Positions 1 to 18,957 of a stretch of 64,000 bases of DNA are shown here, one piece after another. Below the pieces are notes generated by a model. It worked only from the letters and a program-made list of their open reading frames with translations, had not been told where the DNA came from and did not search any database. Source of the stretch: Eledone cirrhosa (taxonomy: Eukaryota); contig OZ024746.1 in assembly GCA_964016885.1 (NCBI GenBank), forward strand, positions 67,084,001 through 67,148,000, in the 5' to 3' direction. The number at the start of each line of letters is the position of its first letter. Position 1 is the first letter of the stretch. The position numbers were made by a program, and so were the translations under genes.

Positions 1-24
1 TTATAAGACTGTTTATATTGTATT

Positions 25-88
25 TTGTCTGATGAAGGCATACCATATTTTTAATATGATATCCCTGAAATATATATAATGAAATAAA
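25..88 (+). ncRNA. Hammerhead-ribozyme-like motif (type I, PLE-type)
   Basis: CTGATGA (29-35), stem II AGGCATACCATAT/ATATGATATCCCT (2 mismatches), GAAA (67-70), palindromic TATATA, then TA, a weak stem I and AATAAA. Confidence 0.55.
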
Positions 89-126
89 TATGGTTTTATA
101 AATATAGTTTCCATTTATTTAATATC

Positions 127-478
<352 letters not shown>

Positions 479-496
479 TATATGTATATATATATA

Positions 497-688
497 ACAA
501 AGGAATTGTGGTAAGGAACCAGATGGACCATAACGCAACAGAGTACTCAATACTTAGGGTAGTAGAAGGGGGAAATAGGAAAAAAGTATGACCCCGACGG
601 CAGAGCTCAAGCCGTTTCGACGGCTATTTCTGCACTCAGAAATAGCCGTCGAAACGGCTTGAGCTCTGCCGTCGGGGTCATACTTTTT

Positions 689-693
<5 letters not shown>
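497..693 (-). mobile_element. Fold-back family A copy (PLE-derived non-autonomous element)
   Basis: Near-perfect hairpin 575-693 containing an HHR 3' half (GAAA-CGGC..GCCG-TC), with a tail at 497-575. Near-identical copies at 36551, 55488 and 63852. Confidence 0.7.
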
Positions 694-759
<66 letters not shown>

Positions 760-927
760 AAAAAGATTCAGGACCCCGGCGGCTGAGCTGCGGCCGTTTG
801 AACAGCTTGATCCGGCAGGACATCAGCCGTTGGGGTACTGATCTTTTCATATCACCCACTCTAATATGGCACGCATCGAGTACTTTGGTCGGTTATGATC
901 CACCTAGTATATTACCACACCCTCTCT

Positions 928-930
<3 letters not shown>
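760..930 (+). mobile_element. Diverged family A relative
   Basis: GACCCCGGCGGCTGAGCTGCGGCCGTTT is similar to family A. The tail has CACTC..TC-GAGTA and GGTTATGATCCAC..TTACCACAC. Confidence 0.5.
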
Positions 931-962
<32 letters not shown>

Positions 963-1194
963 ATGTGTGTGAGTGTGTGTGTGTGTGTGTGTAGGTGTGT
1001 GTGTTGGTTGCTACTCGATTTCGAGTAATACCATCGCTTAATACTTAACTATGAGTATCACGGACGTGACATTTTAGTCCTTCTAGGGAAAGGACGTGCC
1101 TATGGCCAGCCATGACATGCATCGCAATAAATGAAACATATGAAGCTGTGATTGAAGCTTTCTTAAGGGAGGAAAGGCTTTCCACGGATCTGGC

Positions 1195-2895
<1,701 letters not shown>

Positions 2896-2897
2896 AC

Positions 2898-2940
<43 letters not shown>

Positions 2941-3037
2941 TTTACATATATATATATAAATACACATACATATACGTGTTTTGCAACTGGTCACTTTGTG
3001 GCTCAATGAAAAATTAATAAATTAAACAATCAGAGCT

Positions 3038-3126
3038 ATATATCATAAAACATGTCTATAGAATCACAAGATAAAATGGGAGAGGAATTAGTATATTTTA
3101 TCTTGTGATTATATAGACATATTTTA

Positions 3127-3133
<7 letters not shown>
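3038..3133. repeat. Fold-back hairpin next to (TA)n
   Basis: ATATCATAAAACATGTCTATAGAATCACAAGATAAAAT pairs with ATTTTATCTTGTGATTATATAGACATATTTTATGATAT. Confidence 0.65.
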
Positions 3134-3187
<54 letters not shown>

Positions 3188-3191
<4 letters not shown>

Positions 3192-3900
3192 TGAAAGGAT
3201 AACAAGGACGATTGGTTACTCCTTCATTACATTTATTGGTAGGTGACGCGCGTTTCGCCACTGATCAGCTCAAGGTTCGATCTGTATCGATCTCACACGA
3301 CTCTATAATCGGCAGCTCGACGGACCCTTTAAAATGCTATAAGAAGATGTATACATGCTATGTGATAAAGTCATAAGTTCATAAGTTCGTCCATATGAGT
3401 TGTTTTGATTGGTGGAATAGATCATAGGGGGTGTATTCGCCTGTAGTGAATGCGGGGATGGATGTGATGATAAGATGTTGGTGACGGTCGCTGGCTGGGA
3501 TGCGCTGTGGTGTGGGGGAGGCGGATTGACTTTCTGCTGTAGTGTATGTGGGGGTGGATGTGATGATAAGATGGTGGTGACGGTCGCTGACTGGGAAGGG
3601 CTGTGGTGAGGGGGTAGTGGATTGTCGGTAGACAGGTTGGCGTATATTTGAGGCTGGTTATTGTGTGTGTGGTGTGGATGTGATGTTGTTGTTTATGGTA
3701 TGTCGTTTGTGGTGGGGTGGTGGATGTGTTGGTGGTGTCAAGTCGATGGGGAGATACATACCTAGACACTCTTAGTCTGACAAATACGTTGTATACATAT
3801 ACATGCGCATATATACTGACATATATACATGCACACTTATATAGACACACATAGACACGCACGCATTATCCTTTCATATTCCTTGTTATCCTTTCAATAT
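3188..3900 (-). mobile_element. PLE-like terminal fragment with 21-bp inverted ends
   Basis: ATATTGAAAGGATAACAAGGA (3188-3208) is inverted at 3880-3900. The minus strand carries an HHR 3' half, GAAA-CGCGCG-TC, then AATAAA. There is an internal degenerate duplication at ~3443-3610. Confidence 0.5.
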
Positions 3901-3901
3901 A

Positions 3902-3993
3902 TTTGTTTCTACTTTAGGCACAAGGCCAGCAATTACCCAGTTCATTACTGGTACTTTATTTTATCGACCCCGTAAGGATGAAAGGCAAAGTCT
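3902..3993 (-). mobile_element. SINE 3' fragment (octopus-type tRNA SINE)
   Basis: Matches the 3' half of the full copy at 44058-44274. Confidence 0.75.
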
Positions 3994-4002
3994 TCAATAT
4001 AT

Positions 4003-4095
4003 TACACTCTGTATAGGTCTACACCTCAACACAGAAGTGAACCTAAACATCGAGTGCTCACCCGGGTGAACCTGCAGTAACTCCAAGTTACACTC

Positions 4096-4098
<3 letters not shown>
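4003..4098 (+). mobile_element. Short PLE-type 3' tail family (second copy ~33983-34080)
   Basis: Both copies share GTGAACCTAAACATC.AGT.CTC..CAGTAACT.CA.GTTACACTCCC, followed by (TA)n. Confidence 0.55.
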
Positions 4099-4183
<85 letters not shown>

Positions 4184-4186
<3 letters not shown>

Positions 4187-4597
4187 TGGCTGCCCACTCG
4201 TTTTCGAGTACGGCCACTACTTTATATCCATGTAGGAGAACCCCTACCGATGTGCTGAACAAGTGTGACGTTTTAGTTCATCCAGCGACTTGAAAGCTCT
4301 GGTACAAACATTACACTTGTGACACTTACTGACACATAGTGCTGGGCCCATGGCACCATATGACGACAAGTGCAGAGAGATCTCCAGATATAAAGCAATG
4401 CCTGTGCCGTGAAGCTTTTATAGTGAGTAAAGGCACTGCACAAAGCCAGTCACACTCTCTTAACCAAGACGATATTTACCAAAAAGAAGAACAAGTCAAC
4501 ATCATTGGATACCATCAGGGTTGCAGGTGTTATATCAGAGTTTTCCTTCTCCTAGAATTCTGCCCTGACAAAGGCTAAGGGGTCACCTCTCCCGGAT
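4184..4597 (-). mobile_element. Interspersed non-autonomous repeat with RTE-5'UTR-like motif
   Basis: Highly similar to 56820-57430, with a diverged inverted copy at ~54668-54950. The minus strand has CTAGGAGAAGGAAAACTC. Confidence 0.6.
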
Positions 4598-4614
4598 ATA
4601 TATATATATATATA

Positions 4615-4690
<76 letters not shown>

Positions 4691-5029
4691 CATAAATATA
4701 CAAAAATCCATAAACATTTATATGTATATATTTACGTATGTATTTTTGCTGAGTATGACAAGACATTTGATTACAACCGATAAGAATATGAAGTGGATCG
4801 AGTGTATATAGTCTGGCATTGCACAGGAATCTCGATGTTTTACACAATAGCCTGAAAATTATTTGTTAAAGGGGAATAATTCCGCTGGATTATTTTAGAA
4901 GTTATTTTCCTTGTCTCGTTGTTTTTCTCACTGGATTATGTTTGAAAAGCTATTATATATTTCATTGATTAATTTATTCTATTACGGTATTATTGAAATG
5001 TTGGCAGTTATGTAACCCCTTTAAGAGAA

Positions 5030-5115
<86 letters not shown>

Positions 5116-5292
5116 AGAGAGAGACATGCATACACATGCACACATAATCACCTATACATATGTGAGCTTATATGCATGTATAAGAATGTATATCTGAGTG
5201 CATTATGTGTGTGTGTGTACGTGCATGTGTGTATGCAAATGTTTACAAACACACTATACCTACGTATATAGATACACACACACACACACACA

Positions 5293-5360
<68 letters not shown>

Positions 5361-6931
5361 AATACAATTAGAACTTTTTTCTCGCCCTAGCACTGCTGAT
5401 ACATAAATGTAAGTGTGCATACGCACACATACATAGAAATGTATATATATATATATATATGTGTGTGTGTGCGTGTGTGTATGTGTGTGTGTGTGTTAGT
5501 GTGTGTGTGTGGTGTGTGTATATACACACACCCACATATATACATACATATGTACGTATGGTTCATATCGAACATTCGATTCCTTTGTAAACAAAAGGCC
5601 CGATTGAAGCTGTGCCGTGTCGATGACAAATCGTCATCCGTTTGTTCAACACTGGCAATGAGGAAACAATCAACATGTTCCTGGGGCATTACCCTTCGTC
5701 AGGACTGAATACCTCTTCCAATCTATTGAACCGTTGAAAATATATAGTATTTTTTTTAAAATACACATCGCTGAGTAGCCTCACTTGCATACCGAGCGAG
5801 TTACGACTGCCGTGCCGAAAATTAAATTAGTATTTATTTCTCGCCCTCGCAACTAGTGCAGTGTGCTCACTTTTGTGAAGTCCATATCTTCTTTAGCTCT
5901 CGAGCCAAGTCTTCGGTTTGTGGATACTTTATTTATTTCCTTCCATCAGTCTGAGAGACACTGAAGAGAATCATGAGCACTGCTATTCCTTTTCGGATTA
6001 AAAAGCCACCCCACCCCCACACACAAATAAAATAGAAAATAGAAAGTTCTATATTGTAAGTAGCACTCTAAATAAACAATCACCGACGCGAATTCTCAAC
6101 CTTTTCTCGATTCAAGCCAAATATCATTTCATAATAATTTCATTATAAATCGCAACAGATATCGTGTTTCCTTTAACAAGTAGTATGAATATTGATTGAA
6201 GTAAATCAAAACTTCATATTTATTTGAAACAAAGAAAATATATTCTGATTTACGTTATCTATAGGCTGTTAGCAATTGGAGATGATTAATTGTTTTTCCA
6301 CGTCTATTTCCGTATTAAATATAAATGGTATCTCCAGGGCATTGTCTAGGCAGACACTGTTTTTTTTTTATTTGGCGGGATGGTGGTTTTTTTCCCATTA
6401 ACTATAGAAGATTGTCAGACAACTTTCCACCTCAATAGGGCTCAAATGGATAGTAAATAATTTTCTCATAAATTTAAACGAAGCCTCAAGAACAGTTGTC
6501 AAATTCACAGCATTGCAGCAACCTGAAGCAGTCAACGATAACGCCTTGTAGTTTATACATACAATTAGGACTACTGAAGTCAAATGTCTCGGGCAGGGTA
6601 ACTATTGGAAGAATGATGAAAGTAATGATATCCGCCTGTATGTTAGGGCGATGCCTATATTATTATGTACGCTTGTGTGTATTAATATATATTCATGTAT
6701 TTCTCATCTTCAAATGTTGTTATCGGCTATTGTCTTCCTTTAATTTCTTATGATTCTCATTAGGAAATTGCAAAATTGCGCATTTAACCATAAAGGTACT
6801 AGAATAAATGGTTTTGATGGTAGAACATCCATCGTCTCGTAACACTTTTCGACTATGATCAGTATCTACACGACCATTCAAAGTTAAGTGCCTTTGCTAT
6901 AGAGAGAACGTTGAATTAATAAACTAAAGAT

Positions 6932-7342
6932 CAGGGGCGGTGGAACTGCCTCCTCCCCCAATGATTATATATTTCTCCCCAAACTCCCGAAACACACATC
7001 TATTTGCATATGTGCTACAATTTATGAATATGTTATGTTTATCGCACATCGAATTTTTTTTTATATCTTGGTTGATATTTGATAATATATTTTGTTAAAC
7101 GTCATAATATTATTTTTTTTTTTTTTTGTCATGGCATAAACTTTACTCCACATATCACTGTTTGCCAATTGCTGGAATGTGTATTCACAGATAGATTTCA
7201 TAGACCATTTTGCTATAATCACTTTTAAATTATTTTGCTATAATCACTTTAAAATTATTGAAAGGTGTAAATGTAATATGACCTGCTTGGAAAAAAATTG
7301 TATTTTCCGACCCCGCACCCAATTCAGAAATGCCTCCAAGAT

Positions 7343-7392
<50 letters not shown>

Positions 7393-7825
7393 GGTAATTA
7401 TATAGTGGACGTTCGTAAATATGGGATTTCTTGTAAGGTTTTCTTTGTCATATATATAATGTTTTTTTTTATGTAAAATAAAATTAGTATTTGATTCTCC
7501 AATTGCTGTATCGATATGAATCACTTTCAATAACATTTCACTGGAGGGAGATAGATTAGCAAATTTTAATAAGCGGGTAGGGATTTGGGTGGAATAAAAA
7601 GAGAGGGTCTCGAAAATTAATAAGTGGGAGTGGGGGACTATTATGCAAGACCTCAGATATTATATAATTATATTTTTCTCCCCAAACTACCAAAACACAC
7701 ATCTATTTTGATACGCACTACAATTTATTTTCATGTTTTGTTTATCGCATACCTAAGTCTTCTCACCATTTTTAGACCAGATTTGCCCCCTCCCCCATAA
7801 TTCAGAAATGCTCCAACCGCCCCTG
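6932..7825. mobile_element. MITE/hAT-like non-autonomous DNA element
   Basis: Terminal inverted repeats CAGGGGCGGTGGA ... TCCAACCGCCCCTG, with an internal direct repeat (~6960-7050 and ~7660-7750). Segment 7470-7625 recurs at 12343-12490. No clear TSD. Confidence 0.55.
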
Positions 7826-8106
7826 GAGATACGAGTAGTCAATATATTTAATATATGGCTGAAGATATAGTATTTCCCTTAAATTTAACATCAGCAGTTC
7901 ACAAGTCTTTTTTTGCTACATGAAAGTTATGCAAATTTCTTACGATTTTTTATATCTTATGTTCACCCCTAATATTGGATGGCGCTGATTACAGATGCAA
8001 CATGCAGTGTGTTGTTTGTTTATTTGTGTATGTGTATGTTTATATAAAAACATTTTTTCCAATTCCACCCCACCCATCCCTTCAATATTTCTAATTTCTC
8101 ATTCTT

Positions 8107-8143
8107 TCTTCTGATGAAGGACTAGCGTCCGAAAGGTTACGAC
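8107..8143 (+). ncRNA. Minimal hammerhead-like core
   Basis: CTGATGA-A-GGAC-TAGC-GTCC-GAAA-GGT-TA. Stems I and III are degenerate. Confidence 0.5.
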
Positions 8144-8174
8144 CCTCTTCCTGCTATTTCAAGCGTTAATCTGA

Positions 8175-8858
<684 letters not shown>

Positions 8859-9171
8859 TTATATATATATAACCACAGATTAATATGGTTCATTGATTAC
8901 TCAATGAATATAGTTTTACAATAGATTAAAGGCAATCTACAAAGAAGTTTTCTGGAGTTATTAATATTATTCAAAATATTAATAAATGAAGACTTTCACA
9001 TAATCAAAATATATGTTTTATTATATATATTTCGAAGATACTGTGCTGTTTTTTCAGTACGTCCTCGTCAGATAAAATACATGAATTGATGTATGACATA
9101 CCTCAACGGTCTTGATGGTTTAATTCCAGTATTGGCAGTCAATACTGGATTTGACTGCCACACATCATTTG

Positions 9172-9218
<47 letters not shown>

Positions 9219-10021
9219 TGTATGTGGGGTGTATATATATATATATGTTTGTGTGTGTGTGTGTGTGTAATTGTTAGCTTCCTGATATATGAACAATAAA
9301 AACTGTTAAGTTTTGTCTACCTTTCTGTTAATTGAAATTCAAAATCCTTTCATTTCTTCAAGATATTCTAATATATTTTAGTGTATATTTATACCAGGTA
9401 ACATATATGAACTCGGCTTTTATTTTTATTTTCACAGTATGAAATATATGGTAAGCACAATTATAAAGTGCATGCCTCACTTTATCTATTATTTTCGAAA
9501 TGTATAGTATCCAATCGAATACGTACCTACATCTAAATGAAACACGAGACATGGTATATATGACTTGGAAATTATACATAATTTACCGGCTGGTTTTTAA
9601 TTTAACAGATCTATCGACTTATTTTAACGTAAACTTGAGTGAGATTCTTTAACGTAAACGACATTGGATGTAATATCTTGCATTCAATAACGACCCAGCA
9701 TCGAGATTTTACTGCTAAATAATGCATAGTACATTGCCTACAACTCATTACAGTACGAAGTTAAACTTTATATTGTTTTATAAATTGTATAGAGTTACAT
9801 TTGTTTATACATTAACCCGTCGGTTTATCCATGGTTATGTTGCATATATCAATTAATTGTATACAATATACGACGAAATTACTGGAGGAATTATTACAAG
9901 TGTTAAAATAGTACTGCAATAATCGAGAAGCCAGAAGTGCTTCTCAATAGAGATTAATCACACCGTCTACATATACATATGAACATATGAATGTGTATAC
10001 GTATGTATATATATATATATA

Positions 10022-10102
<81 letters not shown>

Positions 10103-10156
10103 ATATCCATGTGTGTGTGTGTATGTATGTATATACATATGACTATATATATATAT

Positions 10157-10318
10157 GTTAATAAGAGGAATTCCAACTTTGTCTGATTTACTCGTTTTAT
10201 TTACAATCCTTTAAGGATTGTAAATAAAACGAGTAAATCAGACAAAGTTGGAATTCCTCTTATTAATATAATCTTCTATACACAATCATACACACCCGTG
10301 TATATTTACCTATCTATA
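10157..10318 (+). mobile_element. Fold-back family B, short copy
   Basis: Hairpin ~10158-10267 plus tail, near-identical to the ends of 22733-23162. Confidence 0.75.
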
Positions 10319-10337
10319 TATATATATATATATATAC

Positions 10338-10368
<31 letters not shown>

Positions 10369-10369
<1 letters not shown>

Positions 10370-10715
10370 TGGTAAACGGAATAGAAAATGCTGACAAATT
10401 GTTCACAGTTGAAAAATGGTTTAATTTGGAATAAAAGAGTATTAGTGATTGTATGGGTTAGTATTCAGTTGTGGTTTTAAGTTTTTTTAAGTTTTTACCG
10501 GTTGCGCATTTCTAAATGCTTTTCAAAAATAATTTTGAGATAGAGTGTCCGTGCTGTTTGCTCTGATCTGATTAGTTTTGGGAATTCTACCTGTTCTTAT
10601 GTTAAAAAAGTGGCTCCAGCGTTACTTTGGTGCTGCAAAAATTCTTGTGGTCAAAACAATTTTACTGAAAAAATCGAATAATGTACACCATTCTACCAGG
10701 GGGAAAACTACTGGT

Positions 10716-10783
<68 letters not shown>

Positions 10784-10810
10784 ACGCGTACATTAACATA
10801 CAAAGAGACT

Positions 10811-10855
<45 letters not shown>

Positions 10856-10963
10856 CTCCGTATAAGACAAAAGCTGAAAAATATCTTTTGACATGCTAAA
10901 ATACCGCCCATTGCTTTCAGACACATTCTTACTGACCATCCCTGCTACCACGAATTACTCTGC

Positions 10964-11060
<97 letters not shown>

Positions 11061-11126
11061 ATCTTAATAGCCATTTGACACACATCCCTGCTAACCATTA
11101 TCACAACATCGAACACCTTACTACTA

Positions 11127-11168
<42 letters not shown>

Positions 11169-11698
11169 TTGTTGTGAAAGAGTCATTTCTCAATCTTGTC
11201 GCAAAACCAATTTTTTATTCACATGACCTCTACCGACCAATCAAAATTGTTTTGACCACAAGAATTTTTGCAAACACCAAGTAACGCTGGAGCCACTTTT
11301 TTAACATAAAAACAGTCTTGGCGCAAAATCAATTGTTTATATTCACATGACCTCTACCGACCAATCAAAATTGTTTTGACCACAAGAATTTTTGCAACAC
11401 CAAAGTAGCGCTGGAGCCACTTTTTTAACATAAAAACAGGTAGAATTCCCAAAACTAATCAGATCAGAGCAAACAGCACGGACACTCTATCTCAAAATTA
11501 TTTTTGAAAAGCATTTAGAAATGCGCAACCGGTAAAAACTTAAAAAACTTAAAACCGCAACTGAATACTAACCCATACAATCACTAATACTCTTTTATTC
11601 CTAATTAAACCATTTTTCAACTGTGAACAATTTGTCAGCATTTTCTATCCGTTTACCAATATATAATAACTTGTGTGTTACACCTCTATTCTTTTAAC

Positions 11699-11700
<2 letters not shown>
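10369..11700 (+). mobile_element. Large fold-back element (family C) with (CA)n-rich spacer
   Basis: 10369-10665 is the reverse complement of ~11365-11660, and 11200-11315 is an internal duplication. HHR-like core at 11501-11538. Related copy at 33090-33330. Confidence 0.75.
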
Positions 11701-11729
<29 letters not shown>

Positions 11730-11749
11730 ATATATACATATATATATAT

Positions 11750-11784
<35 letters not shown>

Positions 11785-11848
11785 CACATATATATAATAT
11801 ATATACATATATATATATATATACAAACATATATATATATGTATATAC

Positions 11849-11913
<65 letters not shown>

Positions 11914-12198
11914 AATATGAGAACAAACGTGCTGCGTGGTTGCAAATGGGTTACATATGAATAAAGTTAGTCCTTCGTCAGTGATCTTCCAACCATCATT
12001 GGTATTCATCGCTTTAAAGACCATATACCTCCGGTTGGTGCGAGCAACGGCTAAAGAAAGTCGTTGGGACACGTAAACAAGGGGAACAAGCGAGAGTGTA
12101 AACAAACAAAGATGGTAAATCAACGAAAAGTGAGGAAGAAAGAGTCAAGTCCCAGATTTCCATATATATATATATATATATATATATGATTATTTAAT

Positions 12199-12339
12199 GT
12201 AGTTACGTCCCTTTACAGACTGAGTTCAAATCCCGCCGAGGTTAACTTTGCCTTTCATCCTTACGGGGTCGATAAAATAAAGTACCAGTAATACACTGGT
12301 GTAATTGCTGGCCTTGTTCCAAAAGTAGAAACAATTATT
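12199..12339 (+). mobile_element. tRNA-derived SINE (5'-truncated)
   Basis: B-box GTTCAAATCC, then GCCTTTCATCCTTACGGGGTCGATAAAATAAAGTACCAG. Confidence 0.8.
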
Positions 12340-12573
12340 TAGTGTAAAATAAAATTAGTATTTGATTCTCCAATTGCTGTATCGATATGAACCACTTTCA
12401 ATAAAATTTCACTGGAGATAGATTAGCAAACTTTAAAGAGCAGGGATGGAGTTGGGTGGAATAAAAAGAGAGGGCCTGGAAAATTAATGTATGTGTGTGT
12501 GTGTATGTATATACATATGTGTATATATGTGTGTGTGTATATGTATGTAGATATGTATATATATATGTGTGTG

Positions 12574-12628
<55 letters not shown>

Positions 12629-12773
12629 CATATATATAATATATATATATATATACATATATTATACATACATATATATATAATATATACATATAAATAT
12701 ATATATATATATAAATACATATAAATATATATATATATAATATATATATATACATATATATATATACATATAA

Positions 12774-12838
<65 letters not shown>

Positions 12839-12948
12839 CATATACATATACACACACACACACATATATATATATATGTATATATAGAGAGAGACATATA
12901 TATACATACATATATATATATATGTATATAGAGAGAGAGACATATACA

Positions 12949-12982
<34 letters not shown>

Positions 12983-12993
12983 CGTACACACAC

Positions 12994-13108
<115 letters not shown>

Positions 13109-13557
13109 ATTGTTTCTGAACTTTTAATAACTACCCTATTGATATCACGCCAATTATAACTAGGAAATGATGTCTGCTACTCAGGTGTCTAGTGTATTTC
13201 CGTTGTTTGACAATTAATATTTTATCTCTATCTGTTGTAAATTTTACACATTTCAACGCTTTTTATATGCTTTCTGGAATTTATTCCCTCATATTTTCAG
13301 CGATAATTACTGTATATTTTCATAATGACACATATTCCCTTCTATTTTATATTTATTTCCAAATTATGAAATATATAATGGTCACAATATTCGCAATTAT
13401 ACAACTTGATATCTTTCTAGATTTTTCAATTTCTAAATTATATTCCAGCCTTTAGAATTCTTTTCCGGGCATCAGATTTATTAAACTGTTTGTACTGTTT
13501 TTGTGTGTCAGGATAAAACACTTTCATGCACACACATATAAATATATATTTATATAG

Positions 13558-14490
13558 TTATACTTGGGGAGGGTCATATTTGTGTAATATTGCCAGAATT
13601 AATAACAGAACACACTCACTGTTTGGTTGGTTTTCGCTTCTCGCTTCTGTGTCTTTTATATCGGTAATCTAATATACTCGGTCCTCAATGTTGCCATTGA
13701 CTGACCGGCGGTCAAAAATAATACAGATACAATATAGACACAAACACATATATATAGTTTATCATAAATCTTTCGTTGCACATCTGCAACATCGTCAGTG
13801 GTGCTATGTTTTCCTCCTGTTGTATTGTATGTCTACGCCATTTTTATTCAGTCTGTCTATATATTTATTTATTTATTTGCTTGTTTGTTTATTTTATTTT
13901 GTCTTCTTTGCGCATGCGTTTGCGTGGTGTATAGTGTTTTGTTTGCTGTGTGATGGGTGACTAGTGTGTGTTTATGTGCTTGTTGTTATTGTGCTTGTGT
14001 ATGTATTTATTTATTTATTTATTTATTTATTTATTTTATTTTATTTACTTATTTATACTTCTCTTAGGTCAGTATTGTTTGTTTGGGTGTTGTTTTTATT
14101 CCATTCATTCTTTCTGTTTAGCCTTGGTCTTCTAATTTCTATTTCACTGACCTCTCTGATTTGCCTATCTGCTGGGTCATTTCTATGTTTAGATATTATT
14201 CTAATTTCTATGTTGTCTATGTTACCGTCATGTTGTTGTCTAGCATGTTCGTATAGTACTGACCCGTTTTTTCGTCCTTTTAGTTCCCCCCAGTGTTGGT
14301 CTATCCTTTCACCTATGCTACGAGCTGTCTCACCTATGTATGTTGTTGTCATGTTTCTGCAAGTACCCTCTGTACATCTTATGCTATAGACTACGTTTCT
14401 AGTTTTACAGTTTATCTGGGGGTTCACCTTACATATGATACATTTCCTATTGGTACAGGTATAACAATATTTGTTTTGACACACGATTTC
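13558..14490 (-). mobile_element. Penelope-like element 3' part: GIY-YIG endonuclease plus terminal repeat with HHR
   Basis: ORF 14053-14484 reads CTNRKCIIC..CKTRNVVYSIRC..YIGETARSIGERIDQH..RQIREVSEI..PRLN. HHR at 13760-13803. The terminus TATACT(T)TGGGAGGGTCAT is shared with 31500/33036. Confidence 0.8.
13760..13803 (-). ncRNA. Hammerhead ribozyme motif
   Basis: CTGACGA-T-GTTGCA-GATG-TGCAAC-GAAA-GATT-TA on the minus strand. Confidence 0.7.
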
Positions 14491-14735
14491 ATATAAAAAG
14501 AACTCGCAAAACTAATATATTTATATAGATAGATATATATTATAGGTAGATAGATCGATCGATAGATAGATAATGTAGCAAACGTTTGGTAGAAATATCC
14601 AAGGGTAAGAGCACTAAATCCATAGGACGAATTTAGTACAAATAGTTAGAAAAGTGACATAAACAGATACTTAAGTTTAGTTGGGTTCATAAGAAAAATA
14701 AAACCCAACGAAACTTACCTGTTTCTGTCACTGTT

Positions 14736-15552
<817 letters not shown>

Positions 15553-16116
15553 TATATATATATATATATACATGAATGAAACTTAAAACATGTTATATGA
15601 TCGTAAATACTGGATAACAGGTATTTGAGTGACATCATTATGGATCTCTTATGTGATCATTGCAACAGCAATCAGCATTGTTGTGACTTCATCAGATATT
15701 AACACAATTATGTAAAGAGGTTGAAATGGCGCTAGCAAACATGAAAGAGTTTGCCTGCAGAATATCAACTCCAAAATATATTTGTGTGAACATCTGATGC
15801 TGTCACTCAGGTGTCACTGAAATACGTACTATTCAGTAAATATGATTATTTAACATGTGTTTTAACGTAAAGTCATACTAAGAAACAACGTGGAGATGAT
15901 TTATCGCCACCGTAATGGTTGATAGGTATAGGTACAACTGACGTGGTGGCATCTTACCTGCGTACACCTGTTTATCAACGAAATGTCTCTATGCAAACCT
16001 AACGGATTAGCAACACTCTAAATAGCAATATATATAACCTCTGAGAAATGTTATGGAATTGAATGGTTTAGCGCTTACCCTTCTCAACAACTATAACCTT
16101 TTCATTTTTCTCCCCA

Positions 16117-16226
<110 letters not shown>

Positions 16227-16494
16227 CTACCCCTCTTTCCCTCTCTCCTTCTCCAGCATGGATCCTCCAAAAAGAATAGTATTTTTCTCCAATGAATCAA
16301 AATTTAACATCGTTATCATTAAGAATTCAACTACTATAATAATTTAAAAACAAAAAAAATATAATTACCGCAACAGTAATAATCAATTACGAATGCAGGG
16401 CTTACCTAAGACTGATACGCACCATGTCCCACAACAGCCTAATACAATCATATGTAGCCTCCCTCAGACACGCATATACTCACGCTCACATATG

Positions 16495-16560
<66 letters not shown>

Positions 16561-17101
16561 CATATACATACACACATTCACGTACACCACAAACTCATAC
16601 ACATAATCATATATTCGTACATAAACACGTTCATTATTACCGAAATTATTTCGAATGCTGATAGTAAAATACAAAATAATCCAATTAATGGCACAATATT
16701 AAACACATTTTCCATTTCTCTTTTCCCTTAGAATATAATGTATGGATTCCTCTTCGTTAATTTGCTATCTGTAATGCAGCAGATAGCCAAATCATGGGCT
16801 CATGAATTATCTGATATTTTGCAACTCTCGCAAAACTGTAGATATACTAATCATGCATAAAACCTTACAATTACTATTAAAAGAAAATGTTATGTTTTGG
16901 GACTTATTCTATGGTTAATTTGTTTCCATTCATATGAGCGTAGAAAATCCTGACATTTGCCCTGAGATTTATCATACATAGAAACGTGACTGTTTTCGTA
17001 ACTGGAAGAAAATCATTAGTATGTGATGAAAGAAACATTTGTACGGTTTCTTAGTTTTAAATGTATTCTTTAACTTACATGTGGCTGAAATAATACATAT
17101 C

Positions 17102-17199
<98 letters not shown>

Positions 17200-17276
17200 G
17201 AGTAAGTAAGACCCCGACGGCTGAGCTCAAGCCGTTTCGACGGCTAATTCTGTACAAATATATATATATATATATA

Positions 17277-17773
<497 letters not shown>

Positions 17774-17886
17774 TATAAATCCAAACACTGCTAACTATAT
17801 CATATTTTATTTTACGTACGTTTCATCCTTACTATTTACGTGCTCAATATTTGGAATCTTTATAATATATATATATATATATATAT

Positions 17887-18223
<337 letters not shown>

Positions 18224-18243
18224 GTGTGTATATATATATATAT

Positions 18244-18310
<67 letters not shown>

Positions 18311-18950
18311 GTTATAGGAATAACCAAGAGTGCTTAGAAATACATTGTTTTATTAGCTAACAGTGTTTCATCCATACACCATGGCAAGAATATTCAGAGC
18401 CTATAAACATGAGTATATCAGTAGCTCCATGCTCCATCGAGTTGCGTCACCAGAACAAGTTTAAATGACCAGCACGGGGGTTCCGAGGCTAGCGGTTTAT
18501 GGAAAAAGACTGAATACATGATGCACATAATGTCATAAAATGTCTTAAAAATTTAAAAATTAAAAATTAAAAATTAAAAATTACACCAAAAATTTACCAC
18601 GTAGATGATGCAATAGATGATAAAGAGGTTGGTAGAGGGTTGCAAGGGATGAGTGAGGGTATTACTCAGAATGATCAGAAACAATCAGAAAATATAAGAA
18701 AATAACAAAAAAAATAATTAAAAAGTACAAAAATACAGGGGTAAGAAAAGAGATAAATACAAAAATACAAAACAATAAAGGAACAAAAAGCCCGGAAACC
18801 CCCCCAAAAATATATAAGACAAAGCAAATCATAGATGCATCAAAGCACAAGCAGTGCAAAAAGAGGGTGTACAGGCAGATCAAGAGAGTTTGCAAGCATG
18901 AGTCTGTGAAAAGAATTGTTGGTTAGCACTAATGCAGCCTTACATGTATA
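18311..18950 (-). mobile_element. PLE-like terminal fragment with degenerate HHR
   Basis: The minus strand at 18356-18400 reads GCT-CTGAATA-...-GAAA-CACTG-TT-AGC, then TAATAAA. Flanked by (TA)n. Confidence 0.45.
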
Positions 18951-18957
18951 TATATAT

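Noticed and set aside
5560-6000. Possible host exon or promoter (higher GC/CpG unique sequence)
   Set aside because: No recognisable protein motif or convincing splice pair. It cannot be supported from sequence alone.
11930-12165. Hammerhead in a repeat shared with 62005-62330
   Set aside because: The minus strand has CTGACGAAGGAC but no closing stem or GAAA. It is an interspersed repeat only.
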